Below are positions 25,347 through 37,202 of a stretch of DNA of 64,000 bases, in pieces. A program made the position numbers and the translations under genes. The DNA is from Alphaproteobacteria bacterium. GTDB taxonomy: Bacteria > Pseudomonadota > Alphaproteobacteria > UBA828. A model generated the notes under the pieces. The model was not told where the DNA came from and ran no database searches. It worked only from the letters and a program-made list of their open reading frames with translations. Numbering within the stretch: the first letter of the stretch is position 1; each line of letters starts with the position of its first letter. The stretch is from NCBI GenBank assembly GCA_050173345.1, contig JBFXKW010000001.1, forward strand, positions 303,911 through 367,910, written 5' to 3'.

Positions 25347-26017
25347 TGAACGGCGCGTCGTTCGGGCCGCCTAAAGCGGTCGTCTTCGACTGGGACAACA
25401 CGCTGGTCGATAGCTGGCAGGTCATCCACGAGGCGCTGCGCGAGACGCTCGTGGCTTTCGGGCTGAAGCCGTGGACGATCGAGCAGACCAAGGGCTGGGT
25501 GCGCCGCTCCATGCGCGAGGCCTTCCCCGGCCTGTTCGGCGCCAACGCGGAGGCCGCGGCGGCGCGTTTCTATCGTGCCTATCGCAGCCTCCACCTCTCG
25601 AACGTGCGCCTCATGCCCGAGACAACGGCCCTGCTGGACGGGCTTGCGCGGCGCGGCGCCTATCTCGCGGTGCTCAGCAGCAAGAACGGCGACCTGCTGC
25701 GCGCCGAGGCCGAGCACCTTGGCGTCGCGGACTATTTCGCCCGGCTGGGCGGCGCCACCGATACGCCCGAGGACAAGCCGTCGCCGCTTGCCATGGCCCA
25801 TGTGCTGGAGCCCGGCCGGCTCGCGGGCGGACCGGACGTCTGGTATGTCGGCGATACCGGCATCGACGTGGTGTGCGCCCGGCGCGCGGGCTGTGTCTCG
25901 GTTGTGGTCGGCGCGCTGCCCGCGCTCGACGGCGACGAGGCCCACGAGCCCGACCTGCATTTTTCGTCGCTTGCCGATTTGATGGCCTTTGTCAGCGGCT
26001 TCGGCCATACCATATAA
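25346..26017 (+). CDS. HAD family hydrolase (phosphoglycolate phosphatase-like)
   Basis: 223 aa with the HAD motif I (VVFDWDNTLVDS) and C-terminal motifs (VGDTGIDV). Confidence 0.7.
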   Translation: MNGASFGPPKAVVFDWDNTLVDSWQVIHEALRETLVAFGLKPWTIEQTKGWVRRSMREAFPGLFGANAEAAAARFYRAYRSLHLSNVRLMPETTALLDGLARRGAYLAVLSSKNGDLLRAEAEHLGVADYFARLGGATDTPEDKPSPLAMAHVLEPGRLAGGPDVWYVGDTGIDVVCARRAGCVSVVVGALPALDGDEAHEPDLHFSSLADLMAFVSGFGHTI

Positions 26018-26130
26018 GTCGTACGGGGCCGGTGCCCGTTTCCCGAGGTTCGCACGCGAGCGGGCCAAGGCTTTTCGGGCTTCCGGCGCCAAATACGCCC
26101 CGATAACGAAACAACTGGGGACACAAAGAC

Positions 26131-26382
26131 ATGACAGGCGAGAAGACCCAGAATTTGCAGGACACTTTTCTCAACCACCTGCGCAAGGGCAAGCTGCCGG
26201 TCACCATTTTCCTCGTGAACGGCGTCAAGCTGCAGGGTGTGATCACTTGGTTCGATAATTTCTGCGTGCTGCTGCGTCGGGACAACCACTCGCAGCTCGT
26301 CTACAAGCACGCCATTTCGACGGTGATGCCTGGCCAGCCGATCCAGCTTTTCGAGGGCGGTAAGGACGAGGCGGACGCCTGA
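26131..26382 (+). CDS. hfq: RNA chaperone Hfq
   Basis: 83 aa. Sm1 and Sm2 motifs ([10 protein letters not shown]...[25 protein letters not shown]...YKHAISTV). Confidence 0.96.
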   Translation: MTGEKTQNLQDTFLNHLRKGKLPVTIFLVNGVKLQGVITWFDNFCVLLRRDNHSQLVYKHAISTVMPGQPIQLFEGGKDEADA

Positions 26383-26387
26383 CTGAC

Positions 26388-27788
26388 GTGAATACCCAAA
26401 GTCTGACGGGCGAGGCCGGCGGTTCCGCCGGCCGCGCCGCGGTCGTGCATGTCTCGCTGCTCAGGTCGCGACGGCATGACGGTGCCGCGGGCGCAGGCGC
26501 GGCCGCGCCTCATGCGCCGGCGGCGCGCCGCGATCTCGACGCCAAGCTCGAGGAGGCGGTCAGCCTGACGCAGGCGATCGGCCTCGACGTGGCACACGCC
26601 GAAGCCATCGAGCTGACGTCGCCGCGGCCGGCGACCCTGCTCGGCTCGGGCAAGGTCGAGGCGCTCAAGGCGATCGTCGCCGAGGCGGAGATCACGGTCA
26701 CGGTGATCGACTGTCCGCTGTCGCCGATCCAGCAGCGCAACCTGGAGCGTGCGCTCGGCTGCAAGGTGATCGACCGCACCGGGCTGATCCTGGAGATCTT
26801 CGGCGCCAGGGCGCGCACCCGCGAGGGCAGGCTCCAGGTCGAGCTGGCCAGCCTGAACTACCAGAAGAGCCGCCTGGTGCGGAGCTGGACCCACCTGGAG
26901 CGCCAGCGCGGCGGCTTCGGCTTCCTGGGCGGCCCCGGCGAAACCCAGATCGAGGCGGACCGCCGCCAGATCCGCGAGCGCATCGCCAAGCTGAAGCAGG
27001 AGCTCGAAACCGTGGTCAAGACGCGCGCCCTGCACCGCAAGGCGCGCCGCCGCGTGCCCTATCCCGTGGTCGCCCTGGTGGGCTACACGAACGCCGGAAA
27101 ATCAACGCTTTTCAATCGGCTGACCGGCGCTGCTGTGAGCGCGCGCGATCAGCTCTTCGCGACGCTCGACCCGACCATGCGCGGCGTCGACCTGCCCTCG
27201 GGCCGGCGCATCATCCTTTCCGACACGGTCGGCTTCGTCTCCGACCTGCCGCACGACCTGGTCGCCGCGTTCCGCGCCACGCTCGAGGAGGTGGTCGAGG
27301 CCGATATCATCCTCCATGTCCGCGACATTGCCCATCCCGACACGGCTGCCCAACTCGCCGACGTTCACGCGGTGCTGCGCGAGATGGGGCTGGCCGAGCG
27401 GATCGACAGCGTGATGATCGAGGTCCTCAACAAGATCGACCGGCTCGATCCCGACCGGCGGGCCGCGCTCCTGACCCCGAAGGCCGGCCTCCAGCAGCCC
27501 AGGCGCATCGCGGTCTCGGCGCTGACCGGGGAGGGCATCGAAGCCCTGCTCGCGGCGATCGACGCCAAGCTCTCCCAGAGCCGCATCGAGGTCGATCTCG
27601 GCGTCGCGCCGGCGGACGGCGCCGGGCTCGCCTGGCTCTATCGGCATGGTGAGGTGCTCCAGCGTCGCGACGAGGCGGACAGGATCATCCTCAAGATGCG
27701 CCTCGCGCCCGAGACCCTGGACAAGGCCATGAGCCGGCCGGGCGTCGTGCGGGTCGAGCCCGCGAGCGCCGAGCACGCCGCGGAGTAG
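26388..27788 (+). CDS. hflX: GTPase HflX
   Basis: 466 aa from a GTG start. HflX N-domain and a GTPase domain (VALVGYTNAGKSTLFNRLTG, DTVGF, NKID). Confidence 0.88.
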   Translation: MNTQSLTGEAGGSAGRAAVVHVSLLRSRRHDGAAGAGAAAPHAPAARRDLDAKLEEAVSLTQAIGLDVAHAEAIELTSPRPATLLGSGKVEALKAIVAEAEITVTVIDCPLSPIQQRNLERALGCKVIDRTGLILEIFGARARTREGRLQVELASLNYQKSRLVRSWTHLERQRGGFGFLGGPGETQIEADRRQIRERIAKLKQELETVVKTRALHRKARRRVPYPVVALVGYTNAGKSTLFNRLTGAAVSARDQLFATLDPTMRGVDLPSGRRIILSDTVGFVSDLPHDLVAAFRATLEEVVEADIILHVRDIAHPDTAAQLADVHAVLREMGLAERIDSVMIEVLNKIDRLDPDRRAALLTPKAGLQQPRRIAVSALTGEGIEALLAAIDAKLSQSRIEVDLGVAPADGAGLAWLYRHGEVLQRRDEADRIILKMRLAPETLDKAMSRPGVVRVEPASAEHAAE

Positions 27789-27842
27789 GGCGGCTCGGCC
27801 GCCTTTTGCCGGCGAAAAAGGGCTCAAATACGGGGGCGTTTG

Positions 27843-27871
27843 TTGACAGCCCCGGGCCGATTCGATATATC
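27843..27871 (+). promoter_or_regulatory. sigma-70-like promoter (TTGACA-17-TATATC) for groESL
   Basis: Direct read: ttgaca gccccgggccgattcga tatatc, about 100 bp upstream of groES. Confidence 0.55.
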
Positions 27872-27899
27872 GCTGGCACTCGAAACAGGCGAGTGCTAA
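27872..27899 (+). promoter_or_regulatory. CIRCE operator (HrcA binding site) between promoter and groES
   Basis: ctggcactc-gaaacaggc-gagtgctaa matches the CIRCE consensus TTAGCACTC-N9-GAGTGCTAA. Confidence 0.75.
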
Positions 27900-27973
27900 C
27901 AGCCTGCAGAATTCAGGTTCAGCCTTTTGAAATACAAGGCTAAACCCCCATCCATCAAAGACGGAGCGATCGG

Positions 27974-28264
27974 ATGAAGATCAAACCACTGCACGACCGC
28001 GTCGTGGTCAAGCGCGTGGAGCAGGAGCAGAAGACCGCGGGCGGCATCATTATCCCCGACAGCGCGCAGGAAAAGCCGCAGGAGGGCGAGGTGGTTGCGG
28101 TCGGCGCCGGCTCGCGTGACGACAGCGGCAAGCTGCGCCCGCTCGACGTGAAGAAGGGCGACCGGGTGCTGTTCGGCAAATGGTCGGGCTCCGAGATCAA
28201 GATCGGGGGCGAGGACGTCCTGATCATGAAGGAATCCGACATCATGGGCGTCATCGAGCGCTAG
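27974..28264 (+). CDS. groES: co-chaperonin GroES
   Basis: 96 aa starting [14 protein letters not shown]...[22 protein letters not shown]. Confidence 0.96.
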   Translation: MKIKPLHDRVVVKRVEQEQKTAGGIIIPDSAQEKPQEGEVVAVGAGSRDDSGKLRPLDVKKGDRVLFGKWSGSEIKIGGEDVLIMKESDIMGVIER

Positions 28265-28279
28265 AGGGAGCAAGGATAA

Positions 28280-29926
<1,647 letters not shown>

Positions 29927-29974
29927 CAAATCCGTTCGCGTCGGCTCTCGGGCCGGGCGCATCGCTCAAAGAGA

Positions 29975-30010
29975 GGGCCGCAGTCCGGAAGGGCTGCGGC
30001 CCTCGGCGTT
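29975..30010. terminator. GC-rich hairpin (gggccgcag...ctgcggccc) between convergent groEL and mazG; probable bidirectional terminator
   Basis: Direct read. 9-bp stem followed by tcggcgttt. Confidence 0.45.
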
Positions 30011-30028
30011 TCCGGCGGGGCGGGAAGG

Positions 30029-30850
30029 CTACGCGGTCTCGCCCTTTTTCGCCTCCTGCCAGAGCGCTTCCATCTCGTCGAGACCGGCGTCGTCGGGTGA
30101 GCGGCCGTCCGCGGCAAGCCTTTGCTCGATATGGTGGAAGCGGCGCTCGAACTTGGCGTTGGCCGCGCGCAGCGCGTCTTCCGGGTCCACCTTGAGGTGG
30201 CGGGCGAGGTTGACGCAGGCGAACAGAAGGTCGCCGATCTCGTCATGCAGCCGCGCGGCCCGCCTTGCCTGGTCCAGCGGCGGCGCGTCGAGCGCGTGGC
30301 GGATTTCGCCGAGCTCTTCCCCGATCTTGTCGAACACCGGGGCGGCATCCGGCCAGTCGAAGCCGACGCGCGCAGCGCGCTTCTGCAGCTTCTCGGCGCG
30401 CAGCAAGGCGGGCAGGGCGAGCGCCACCCCGTCAAGCGCCGAAGCCGGCGCGTCGGCTGGCTCGCGCTTGGCGCGGCGCTCTTCCGCCTTCTGCGCCTCC
30501 CACGCCTTGGTCTGGGCGCCCGCGCTCGCCACCGTGGCGTCGCCGAAGACATGCGGGTGGCGGCGGATCATCTTGTCGGCGATCGCGCCGGCGACCGCCT
30601 CGAAATCGAAGGCGCCACGCTCCTTCGCCATCTGGGCGTGGTAGGCGACCTGGAGCAGCAGGTCGCCGAGTTCCTCCTTGAGCGCCGCCATGTCGTCCTG
30701 CCGGATCGCCTCGGCGACCTCGTAGGCTTCCTCGATCGTGTAGGGCGCAATCGAGGCGAAGTCCTGCTCGAGGTCCCACGGGCAGCCGCCGTCCGGGTTG
30801 CGCAGCCGCGCCATGACCTCGATCAGGCGCTCCGTGTTGGTGGGAGGCAT
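30029..30850 (-). CDS. mazG: nucleoside triphosphate pyrophosphohydrolase MazG
   Basis: 273 aa from an internal ATG with an upstream GGAG (MPPTNTERLIEVMARLR...CPWD). Two MazG EExGE-type repeats (EEAYEVAEA and LGDLLLQV, then a second repeat). Confidence 0.85.
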   Translation of the reverse strand: MPPTNTERLIEVMARLRNPDGGCPWDLEQDFASIAPYTIEEAYEVAEAIRQDDMAALKEELGDLLLQVAYHAQMAKERGAFDFEAVAGAIADKMIRRHPHVFGDATVASAGAQTKAWEAQKAEERRAKREPADAPASALDGVALALPALLRAEKLQKRAARVGFDWPDAAPVFDKIGEELGEIRHALDAPPLDQARRAARLHDEIGDLLFACVNLARHLKVDPEDALRAANAKFERRFHHIEQRLAADGRSPDDAGLDEMEALWQEAKKGETA

Positions 30851-30992
30851 GCTTGCTCCGGGGTGATCCTGTTTCGGAACGAGGCGATTCAAGCCGCTCT
30901 CGGAGCACCAATCTTGCCGCCCGGCGAGGGCTGCCTCAAGGCATCATAAATTCGCATAATATATATTATGGAAAATATATGGGTGGGTCGAA

Positions 30993-31766
30993 TCAAAGGG
31001 CGCCGGTCTCGATCACCATGCCGTCATGGCCCGGCACCACGCCATCCGGCAGCTCGGCGCGCAGCGTTTCGTAGTCGAACTGGTGGGACATGTGCGTCAG
31101 CACGGCGAGCCTTGGCTTGACGCGCTCGATCCAGCCGAGCGTCATTTCGAGATGCGCGTGGCTCGGATGCGGCTGATAGCCGAGGCAGTCGACGACCCAC
31201 AGCCGGACGCCATGAAGCAGCTCGAAAGCATCGTCGGACAGGCTGTTGACGTCGGTCGAATATGCCGCCTCGCCGGCTCCGAAGAGATAGCCCGTGGTCA
31301 CGCCGCGGCCATGAACCTGCTCGAAGGGTGTGACGCGCACGCCCTCGACCTCGAACGGCTCATTGACCGGACGCGGCCTGAGGGACGGGCTGTGCCACCA
31401 ACTCGCCGGCTCGCGAAAGGCATAGCCGAAGCGCGCCTGGATAGCGGCCAAAGTCTCTTCGGTTCCATAGCTGTCGAGCGCTGTATTCATGTGGTAGTTG
31501 ATCGAGCGCAGGTCATCGATCCCATGGCAATGATCGGCATGACCGTGCGTATAAAGAACGGCGCTCAAGCGACTAACCTGGGCAGATAACAGCTGTTCGC
31601 GAAGGTCCGGCGAGGTGTCCACCAGCAGGCTGGCGTCCTCCTCTTGGACCAGAATCGAGACGCGGCGGCGCTTGTTGCGCGGATGGTCCGACCGGCACAC
31701 GGCGCAGGCGCAACCCACCATCGGAACCCCGCTCGATGTGCCGCAGCCGAGGACGGTGATTTTCAT
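30993..31766 (-). CDS. MBL-fold metallo-hydrolase (PhnP/GPMDB-like)
   Basis: 257 aa with HGHADH. Sits in the conserved position downstream of tatD, and its start overlaps the tatD stop. Confidence 0.8.
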   Translation of the reverse strand: MKITVLGCGTSSGVPMVGCACAVCRSDHPRNKRRRVSILVQEEDASLLVDTSPDLREQLLSAQVSRLSAVLYTHGHADHCHGIDDLRSINYHMNTALDSYGTEETLAAIQARFGYAFREPASWWHSPSLRPRPVNEPFEVEGVRVTPFEQVHGRGVTTGYLFGAGEAAYSTDVNSLSDDAFELLHGVRLWVVDCLGYQPHPSHAHLEMTLGWIERVKPRLAVLTHMSHQFDYETLRAELPDGVVPGHDGMVIETGAL

Positions 31767-32575
31767 TCTGAAAGAGGGCTCTCCCGACGTGCCTTCGAGA
31801 AGAGCCTGAAGAAGTTCTCGGTGGTCGCCCGAGCCAGAGCTTCGGGTGTGATACCCCTCAGCTCCGCCAGCGCGGCGGCGGTCTGGGCGACGAACGCGGG
31901 TTCGTTGCGCTTGCCGCGAAACGGCACGGGCGCGAGATAGGGCGCGTCGGTCTCGACCAGCAGGCGGTCGAGCGGGATATCGCGCGCGGTGTTGCGGAGA
32001 TCGCCGGCATTCTTGAAGGTCACGATGCCGGCGATCGAGATGTAGAGGCCGAGCGCGAGCGCCGCCTCGGCGAGCGCGCGGCTCGCCGTGAAGCAGTGGA
32101 TGACGCCGGGATAGGCCCCCTGCTCCGCCTCCTCCCGCATGATCCGGATGGTCTCGTCGTCGGCCGAGCGGGTGTGCACGATGATCGGCAGGCCGCTCTC
32201 GCGCGCGGCAGCGATGTGCGCCCGGAAGCTCGCCTCCTGTTGGTCGCGCGGGCCGTGGTCGTAGTAGAAGTCGAGCCCGGTCTCGCCGAGGCCGATCACC
32301 TTGGGGTGCGCGGCGCGCTCCAGCAGGGCCTCGGCGGTGACCGGAACCGGCTCCTCCGCGACATGGTGCGGGTGAACGCCGACCGAGCAGAACAGCCGGT
32401 CGCTGCGCTCGGCGAGTGCCGCGACGGACGGGAACGAGCCGAGCCGGGTGCAGATCGTCTGCATCCAGCCGACGCCCGCGTTGCGGGCGCGCGCCAGCAC
32501 GCCGTCCAGGTCGTCCACGAAATCGGGGAAGTCCAGATGGCAATGGCTATCGACCAGGACGGCGCGGCTCGTCAC
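31763..32575 (-). CDS. TatD family deoxyribonuclease/hydrolase
   Basis: 270 aa with VDSHCHLDF and the TatD metal ligands. Immediately downstream of metG. Confidence 0.85.
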   Translation of the reverse strand: MTSRAVLVDSHCHLDFPDFVDDLDGVLARARNAGVGWMQTICTRLGSFPSVAALAERSDRLFCSVGVHPHHVAEEPVPVTAEALLERAAHPKVIGLGETGLDFYYDHGPRDQQEASFRAHIAAARESGLPIIVHTRSADDETIRIMREEAEQGAYPGVIHCFTASRALAEAALALGLYISIAGIVTFKNAGDLRNTARDIPLDRLLVETDAPYLAPVPFRGKRNEPAFVAQTAAALAELRGITPEALARATTENFFRLFSKARRESPLSE

Positions 32576-32610
32576 GCGTGAGACCTCCTGTCCGCGCGGC
32601 GGCCCCGCGC

Positions 32611-34170
32611 TCAGGCCGCGGCTTCATCCACGAAGCGCGGGAACACCCCGCTCGGCGCGGGCAGCGCCGTGCCGGGCGTCAGCGCCGCCTCGGGCGAGAA
32701 CGCGTCGATGAAGTCGCGCGCCTCCCGGCCGACGGCGAGCTGGTCGAGGATGCGCGCCGACGCGCCCGGCATGAACGGCTGGCTGAGCACCGCGAGCCGG
32801 CGGATCGTCTCGGCCAGCACGTAGAGCACGGTCGCCATGCGCGCCGGATCGGTCTTCCGCAACGCCCAGGGCGCCTGCTCGTCGACATAGCGGTTGGCCG
32901 CGCTCACCACCTCGCCATGGCGCTCCAGCGCGAGGTGGAACTGCTGGCGGTGCATCGGCTCGCGCATGGCATCGAGCAGCAGGTCGGCGAGCTTGATCAG
33001 CCTCTCGTCTTCCGGCGCGAACGGCCCCGGCGCCGGCACGCGGGCGTCGCAGTTCCGGTTGATCATCGAGAGCACGCGCTGCACCAGATTGCCGTAATCG
33101 TTGGCAAGCTCGGCGTTCATGCGGCGGACCATGGCGGCGTGCGAGAAGTCGCCGTCATTGCCGAACGGCACCTCGCGCAGCAGGAAGTAGCGCACCTGGT
33201 CCAGGCCGTATTTCTCGACGAGCTGGATTGGGTCAATCACGTTGCCGAGCGATTTGGAAATCTTCTGGCCCTCATTGGTCCACCAGCCATGCGCGAAGAC
33301 GCGCTTCGGCGGCGCCACGCCGGCCGACATCAGGAAGGCCGGCCAGTAGACTGCGTGGAAGCGCACGATGTCCTTGCCGACCATGTGCAGGTCGGCCGGC
33401 CAGAAGCTCTTGTAGAGCGGGCTCTCGATCTCGGGATAGCCGACCGCGGTGATGTAGTTGGTCAGCGCGTCGAGCCAGACATACATGACGTGCGCGGGAT
33501 CGCCCGGCACCGGCACGCCCCATTTGAAGCTGGCGCGCGAGATGGAGAGATCCTGCAAGCCGCCGCGGACGAAGCTGGTCACCTCGTTGCGCCGGCTGTC
33601 CGGCGCGATGAAATCCGGGTTGTCGTCATAGAAGCGCAGCAGCCGCTCCTGCCAGGCCGACAGGCGGAAGAAGTAGCTCGGCTCCTCGACCCATTCGACC
33701 GGTGCGCCGGAGGGCGCGAGCTTGTGGCCGTCCGGGCCGGCGCGCAGCTCGTCCTCGGCGTAGAACGCCTCGTCGCGCACCGAGTACCAGCCGGCATACT
33801 TGCCGAGATAGATATCACCATTGGCCTTGATCGCTTCCCAGAGATGCTGGCAGGCCGCGATGTGGCGCGGCTCGGTGGTGCGGATGAAGTCGTCGTTGCT
33901 GTAGCCCATCGCGACGCCGAGCGCGCGGAAGCGCTGCGAGACCTCGTCGACGAAGTCCTGCGGCTGCCGGCCGGCCGTGATTGCCGCCTTCTCAACCTTC
34001 TGGCCGTGCTCGTCGGTGCCGGTCAGGAAGTGAACGCGATAGCCGTCGAGCCGCATGAAGCGCGCCAGCACGTCGCAGGCCAGCGAGGTATAGGCGTGCC
34101 CGATATGCGGGGAGTCGTTCACATAGTAGATCGGCGTCGTGATGTAATAGGCCGGCGGGCCGGGCGGCAT
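32611..34170 (-). CDS. metG: methionine--tRNA ligase (short form, no C-terminal tRNA-binding domain)
   Basis: 519 aa from an internal ATG. HIGH motif (PHIGHAYTS) and KMSKS motif (KISKSLGN). Confidence 0.9.
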   Translation of the reverse strand: MPPGPPAYYITTPIYYVNDSPHIGHAYTSLACDVLARFMRLDGYRVHFLTGTDEHGQKVEKAAITAGRQPQDFVDEVSQRFRALGVAMGYSNDDFIRTTEPRHIAACQHLWEAIKANGDIYLGKYAGWYSVRDEAFYAEDELRAGPDGHKLAPSGAPVEWVEEPSYFFRLSAWQERLLRFYDDNPDFIAPDSRRNEVTSFVRGGLQDLSISRASFKWGVPVPGDPAHVMYVWLDALTNYITAVGYPEIESPLYKSFWPADLHMVGKDIVRFHAVYWPAFLMSAGVAPPKRVFAHGWWTNEGQKISKSLGNVIDPIQLVEKYGLDQVRYFLLREVPFGNDGDFSHAAMVRRMNAELANDYGNLVQRVLSMINRNCDARVPAPGPFAPEDERLIKLADLLLDAMREPMHRQQFHLALERHGEVVSAANRYVDEQAPWALRKTDPARMATVLYVLAETIRRLAVLSQPFMPGASARILDQLAVGREARDFIDAFSPEAALTPGTALPAPSGVFPRFVDEAAA

Positions 34171-34223
34171 CGGAGTCTCTCCTGCGTGACCCTCGGCGCG
34201 AGGGTGGCCCGAGGCGGGGCCGC

Positions 34224-35297
34224 TCAGGGGCGCGCCGCGCGTTCCAGCGCGCTGAATGCGCCGATCAGGGTTTGCCTGGGCTCGAGCTCGATCGCATCGG
34301 CCCTGGCGAAAAGGCGGCGCAGGTTGTCCCATACCTCGACCCATTGATCAAGGCCGCGGCCGGCGCCGAGCAGGCGCTGGCGAAGCGCGGCCTCCGCGCT
34401 TTCCAGCGCGTCGCTCTCGCGTCCCGCCGGGCGCACGAGGCGGGCGAGCGCGGCGAGCAAGAGCTCGCCGACGAGGCGAAAGCCGTCGCGCCCCTCCCCC
34501 GCTGCGGCGCGATCGGCGAGCGCATGGAGCCGGCCCGGGTCCAGGGCCGGCAGCGTGCCGAGCAGCGCCACCAGCTCGCGGTAGAGCGCGACGCCGCCGG
34601 CGTCATGAAGGGCGAGCGCTCGTCCGGGGCTGCCGTCCGCGAGCGCGATGAGCGTCTCGGCGTCGCCGGCCGATAGCGTCGCGAGCAGCGGCCGCAGCAC
34701 CTCGCGCAACCCGGCATGATCGAGCGGTCGCAGCGGCAGGAAGCGGCAGCGCGAGCGGATGGTCGGCAGGAGCCGTCCAGGCGCGTGGCTGACCAGGATC
34801 AGCAGCGTGCACGCGGACGGCTCCTCCAGCACCTTGAGCAGCGCGTTGGCCGCGTTGCGGTTCATCTCCTCCGCGCCATCGACGATGGCGACACGCCATG
34901 CCCCCTCGCCCGGCGTCAGCGCCAGGAACTCGCTGAGCCGGCGCGCGTCCTCGACGACGATCTCGCCGCGCAGCTTGCCGGTCCTTTCGTTGACCTGCCG
35001 CTCCAGGCTGAAGAGGTCGCTATGGCCGCGCGCGGCGACGCGGCGGAAGACCGGGTCGGACGGTTCGAGCGCGAGCGTCGGGGCCTCACCGCCGGCGAGC
35101 ACGAAGCGCGCGATGCGGTAGGCCAGAGTCTCCTTGCCGATGCCGCGCGGGCCGCCGAGCAGCCAGCCATGCGCCAGCCGCCCGCCCCGCCAGGCGCCAA
35201 GAAACGCCTGCTCGGCAGCCTCGTGGCCGAGCAGCGACGGGTTGGCGCGCGGTTCGGGGGGCAGGCCCGCGAAACTCTCTTGCGCGCTAGCGGCCAT
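34224..35297 (-). CDS. holB: DNA polymerase III subunit delta prime
   Basis: 357 aa with an AAA+ Walker A-like motif (GGPRGIGKETLA) and SRCR. Neighbours tmk. Confidence 0.8.
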   Translation of the reverse strand: MAASAQESFAGLPPEPRANPSLLGHEAAEQAFLGAWRGGRLAHGWLLGGPRGIGKETLAYRIARFVLAGGEAPTLALEPSDPVFRRVAARGHSDLFSLERQVNERTGKLRGEIVVEDARRLSEFLALTPGEGAWRVAIVDGAEEMNRNAANALLKVLEEPSACTLLILVSHAPGRLLPTIRSRCRFLPLRPLDHAGLREVLRPLLATLSAGDAETLIALADGSPGRALALHDAGGVALYRELVALLGTLPALDPGRLHALADRAAAGEGRDGFRLVGELLLAALARLVRPAGRESDALESAEAALRQRLLGAGRGLDQWVEVWDNLRRLFARADAIELEPRQTLIGAFSALERAARP

Positions 35298-35934
35298 CGA
35301 GCGTGATCCCGAGCCGCTCGCTCACGGCGGCGCTGACCGCGGCTGCGACGCTGCCGGCGTCGGCCGTGGCGTCGAGCACCACGCAGCGCTCCGGCGCGCC
35401 GCGCGCGATCGCGAGGAAGCCGTCGCGCAGGCGCTCATGCATGGCCCGGTCCATCCTTTCGTAGCGGCTCTTGCCCCCGTTCTCGCGCGCCTCGGCCCGG
35501 GCGAGGCCGAGCTCGACCGGCAGGTCGAGCACGATGGTCAGGTCGGGCGCGAACGCGCCGAGGGTGGCGCGGCATATCGCGCCGATCGCGCCCCGATCGG
35601 CGCCCTGGCCGAAGCCCTGATAGGCCATGGTCGAATCGGCGAAGCGGTCGGAGACCACCCACTCGCCACGTTCGAGCGCCGGCCATACGGTGCGCACCAC
35701 ATGTTCGCGCCGCGCCGCGAAGTGCAGCAGAACCTCGGCGAGCGGCTCCCAGCGCGTTGCAGGCCCATCGACCAGGAGCCGCCTGATCAGCTCGGCGCCG
35801 GGTGCCCCGCCGGGCTCGCGCGTCGCGACCGCGGCGATGCCCGAGGCGTTCAGCCGTGCGACCAGGGCCTGCACCTGGGTCGACTTGCCGGCCCCTTCCC
35901 CGCCTTCGAAGGTGATGAAGCGTCCTCGCGCCAT
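35287..35934 (-). CDS. tmk: thymidylate kinase
   Basis: 215 aa with a P-loop (FEGGEGAGKST), DRF and a LID region. Confidence 0.88.
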   Translation of the reverse strand: MARGRFITFEGGEGAGKSTQVQALVARLNASGIAAVATREPGGAPGAELIRRLLVDGPATRWEPLAEVLLHFAARREHVVRTVWPALERGEWVVSDRFADSTMAYQGFGQGADRGAIGAICRATLGAFAPDLTIVLDLPVELGLARAEARENGGKSRYERMDRAMHERLRDGFLAIARGAPERCVVLDATADAGSVAAAVSAAVSERLGITLDGR

Positions 35935-35954
35935 GCGGCGATGGTCGCCGATCC

Positions 35955-37145
35955 TCAGCCGCCCGAGAAGAGGTGCTTTATCACCGGGCCGATGCGGCTG
36001 AAGCCCGACGCCTTGTCGACGCTCTCGCCCGCGACCAGGCCAAGCTCGATGGGACCGAAATCCTCGGCGCTGATCACGAGCTTGGCGATCGGCGCATCCT
36101 TGGCGACGGGCGCGGGCGCAGGACCGGGCGCGACGACGCGCATGTTCATGCTGCGCCCGGCGTTCCTCGGCAGCGTGATCACGACGTCCGAGGCCGAAAC
36201 GGCGGCCACGGTCGACTTCTCGCCGAAGAAGACCGGCATCTCGTAGACCGTCTCGCCCGCCTTGAACAGGCTGTAGTTCTTGAAGTTGTTGAAGCCGTAG
36301 TCGAGCAGCCGCTCGGTCTCGCGCGCCCGTTCGTTGACGTCGGCCATGCCGTTGGTGACCAGGATCAGGCGGCGCCCCTCGCGCACGGCCGAGGCGGTCA
36401 GGCCGTAGCCCGCCTCCTCCGTGTGACCGGTCTTCAGGCCGTCGGCGCCCGCATAGCTGTAGAGCAGCGGGTTGCGGTTGCCCTGGCGGATGTTGTGGTA
36501 GGTGTATTCCTTCTCCGCGAAGATCGGGTAGTACTCCGGGAAGTCATGAACCAGCCGATAGGCCACGATCGCGAGGTCGCGCGCGGTGGTGTAGTGCTGC
36601 GGATCGGGCCATCCGGTCGCGTTGACGAAGTGGCTGTTCTTCATGCCGATCTCAGCGGCGCGCTTGTTGAGCAGCTCGGCGAACGCCTCCTCGCTGCCCG
36701 AGATCCCTTCCGCCAGGACGATGCAGGCGTCATTGCCCGACTGGATGATGATGCCCCGGAGCAGCTCCTCGACCTTCACCGTCGTATTGAGGTCGACGAA
36801 CATCTTGGAGCCGCCGGTCCTCCACGCCTTCTCGCTGACGCGGAACGCGTCGTCCATCCTGAGCTTGCCGTCGCGCAGCAGCTCGAACGCGACATAGAGC
36901 GTCACCAGCTTGCTCATCGACGATGGCGGCATGCGCTCGTCTGCGTTCTTGTGGGCGAGCACGGTGCCGGTCGTCGCATCGACCAGGATCATCTCGCGCG
37001 CCAGAGTCTCGACCGCGTGGGCCGGGCGCAGCGTCAGAGCCAAGGCCAGCGCGAGGAATACGGCGAGCGCGACCAGGCCGAGCCGGCTGCAACGGCGCTG
37101 TGATCCGGCGGGTCTTGCTGATGAGGGAGCAGCCTCCGGGAACAT
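35955..37145 (-). CDS. D-alanyl-D-alanine carboxypeptidase (PBP5/6-like)
   Basis: Signal peptide, SMSK active-site motif (PPSSMSKL), SGN, KTG and a C-terminal domain. Confidence 0.85.
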   Translation of the reverse strand: MFPEAAPSSARPAGSQRRCSRLGLVALAVFLALALALTLRPAHAVETLAREMILVDATTGTVLAHKNADERMPPSSMSKLVTLYVAFELLRDGKLRMDDAFRVSEKAWRTGGSKMFVDLNTTVKVEELLRGIIIQSGNDACIVLAEGISGSEEAFAELLNKRAAEIGMKNSHFVNATGWPDPQHYTTARDLAIVAYRLVHDFPEYYPIFAEKEYTYHNIRQGNRNPLLYSYAGADGLKTGHTEEAGYGLTASAVREGRRLILVTNGMADVNERARETERLLDYGFNNFKNYSLFKAGETVYEMPVFFGEKSTVAAVSASDVVITLPRNAGRSMNMRVVAPGPAPAPVAKDAPIAKLVISAEDFGPIELGLVAGESVDKASGFSRIGPVIKHLFSGG

Positions 37146-37202
37146 CGACACGTGAAACCTCTCCAACTGCCTATGGTGCCGGCGACGGCCGGCCAAGCGG
37201 CT

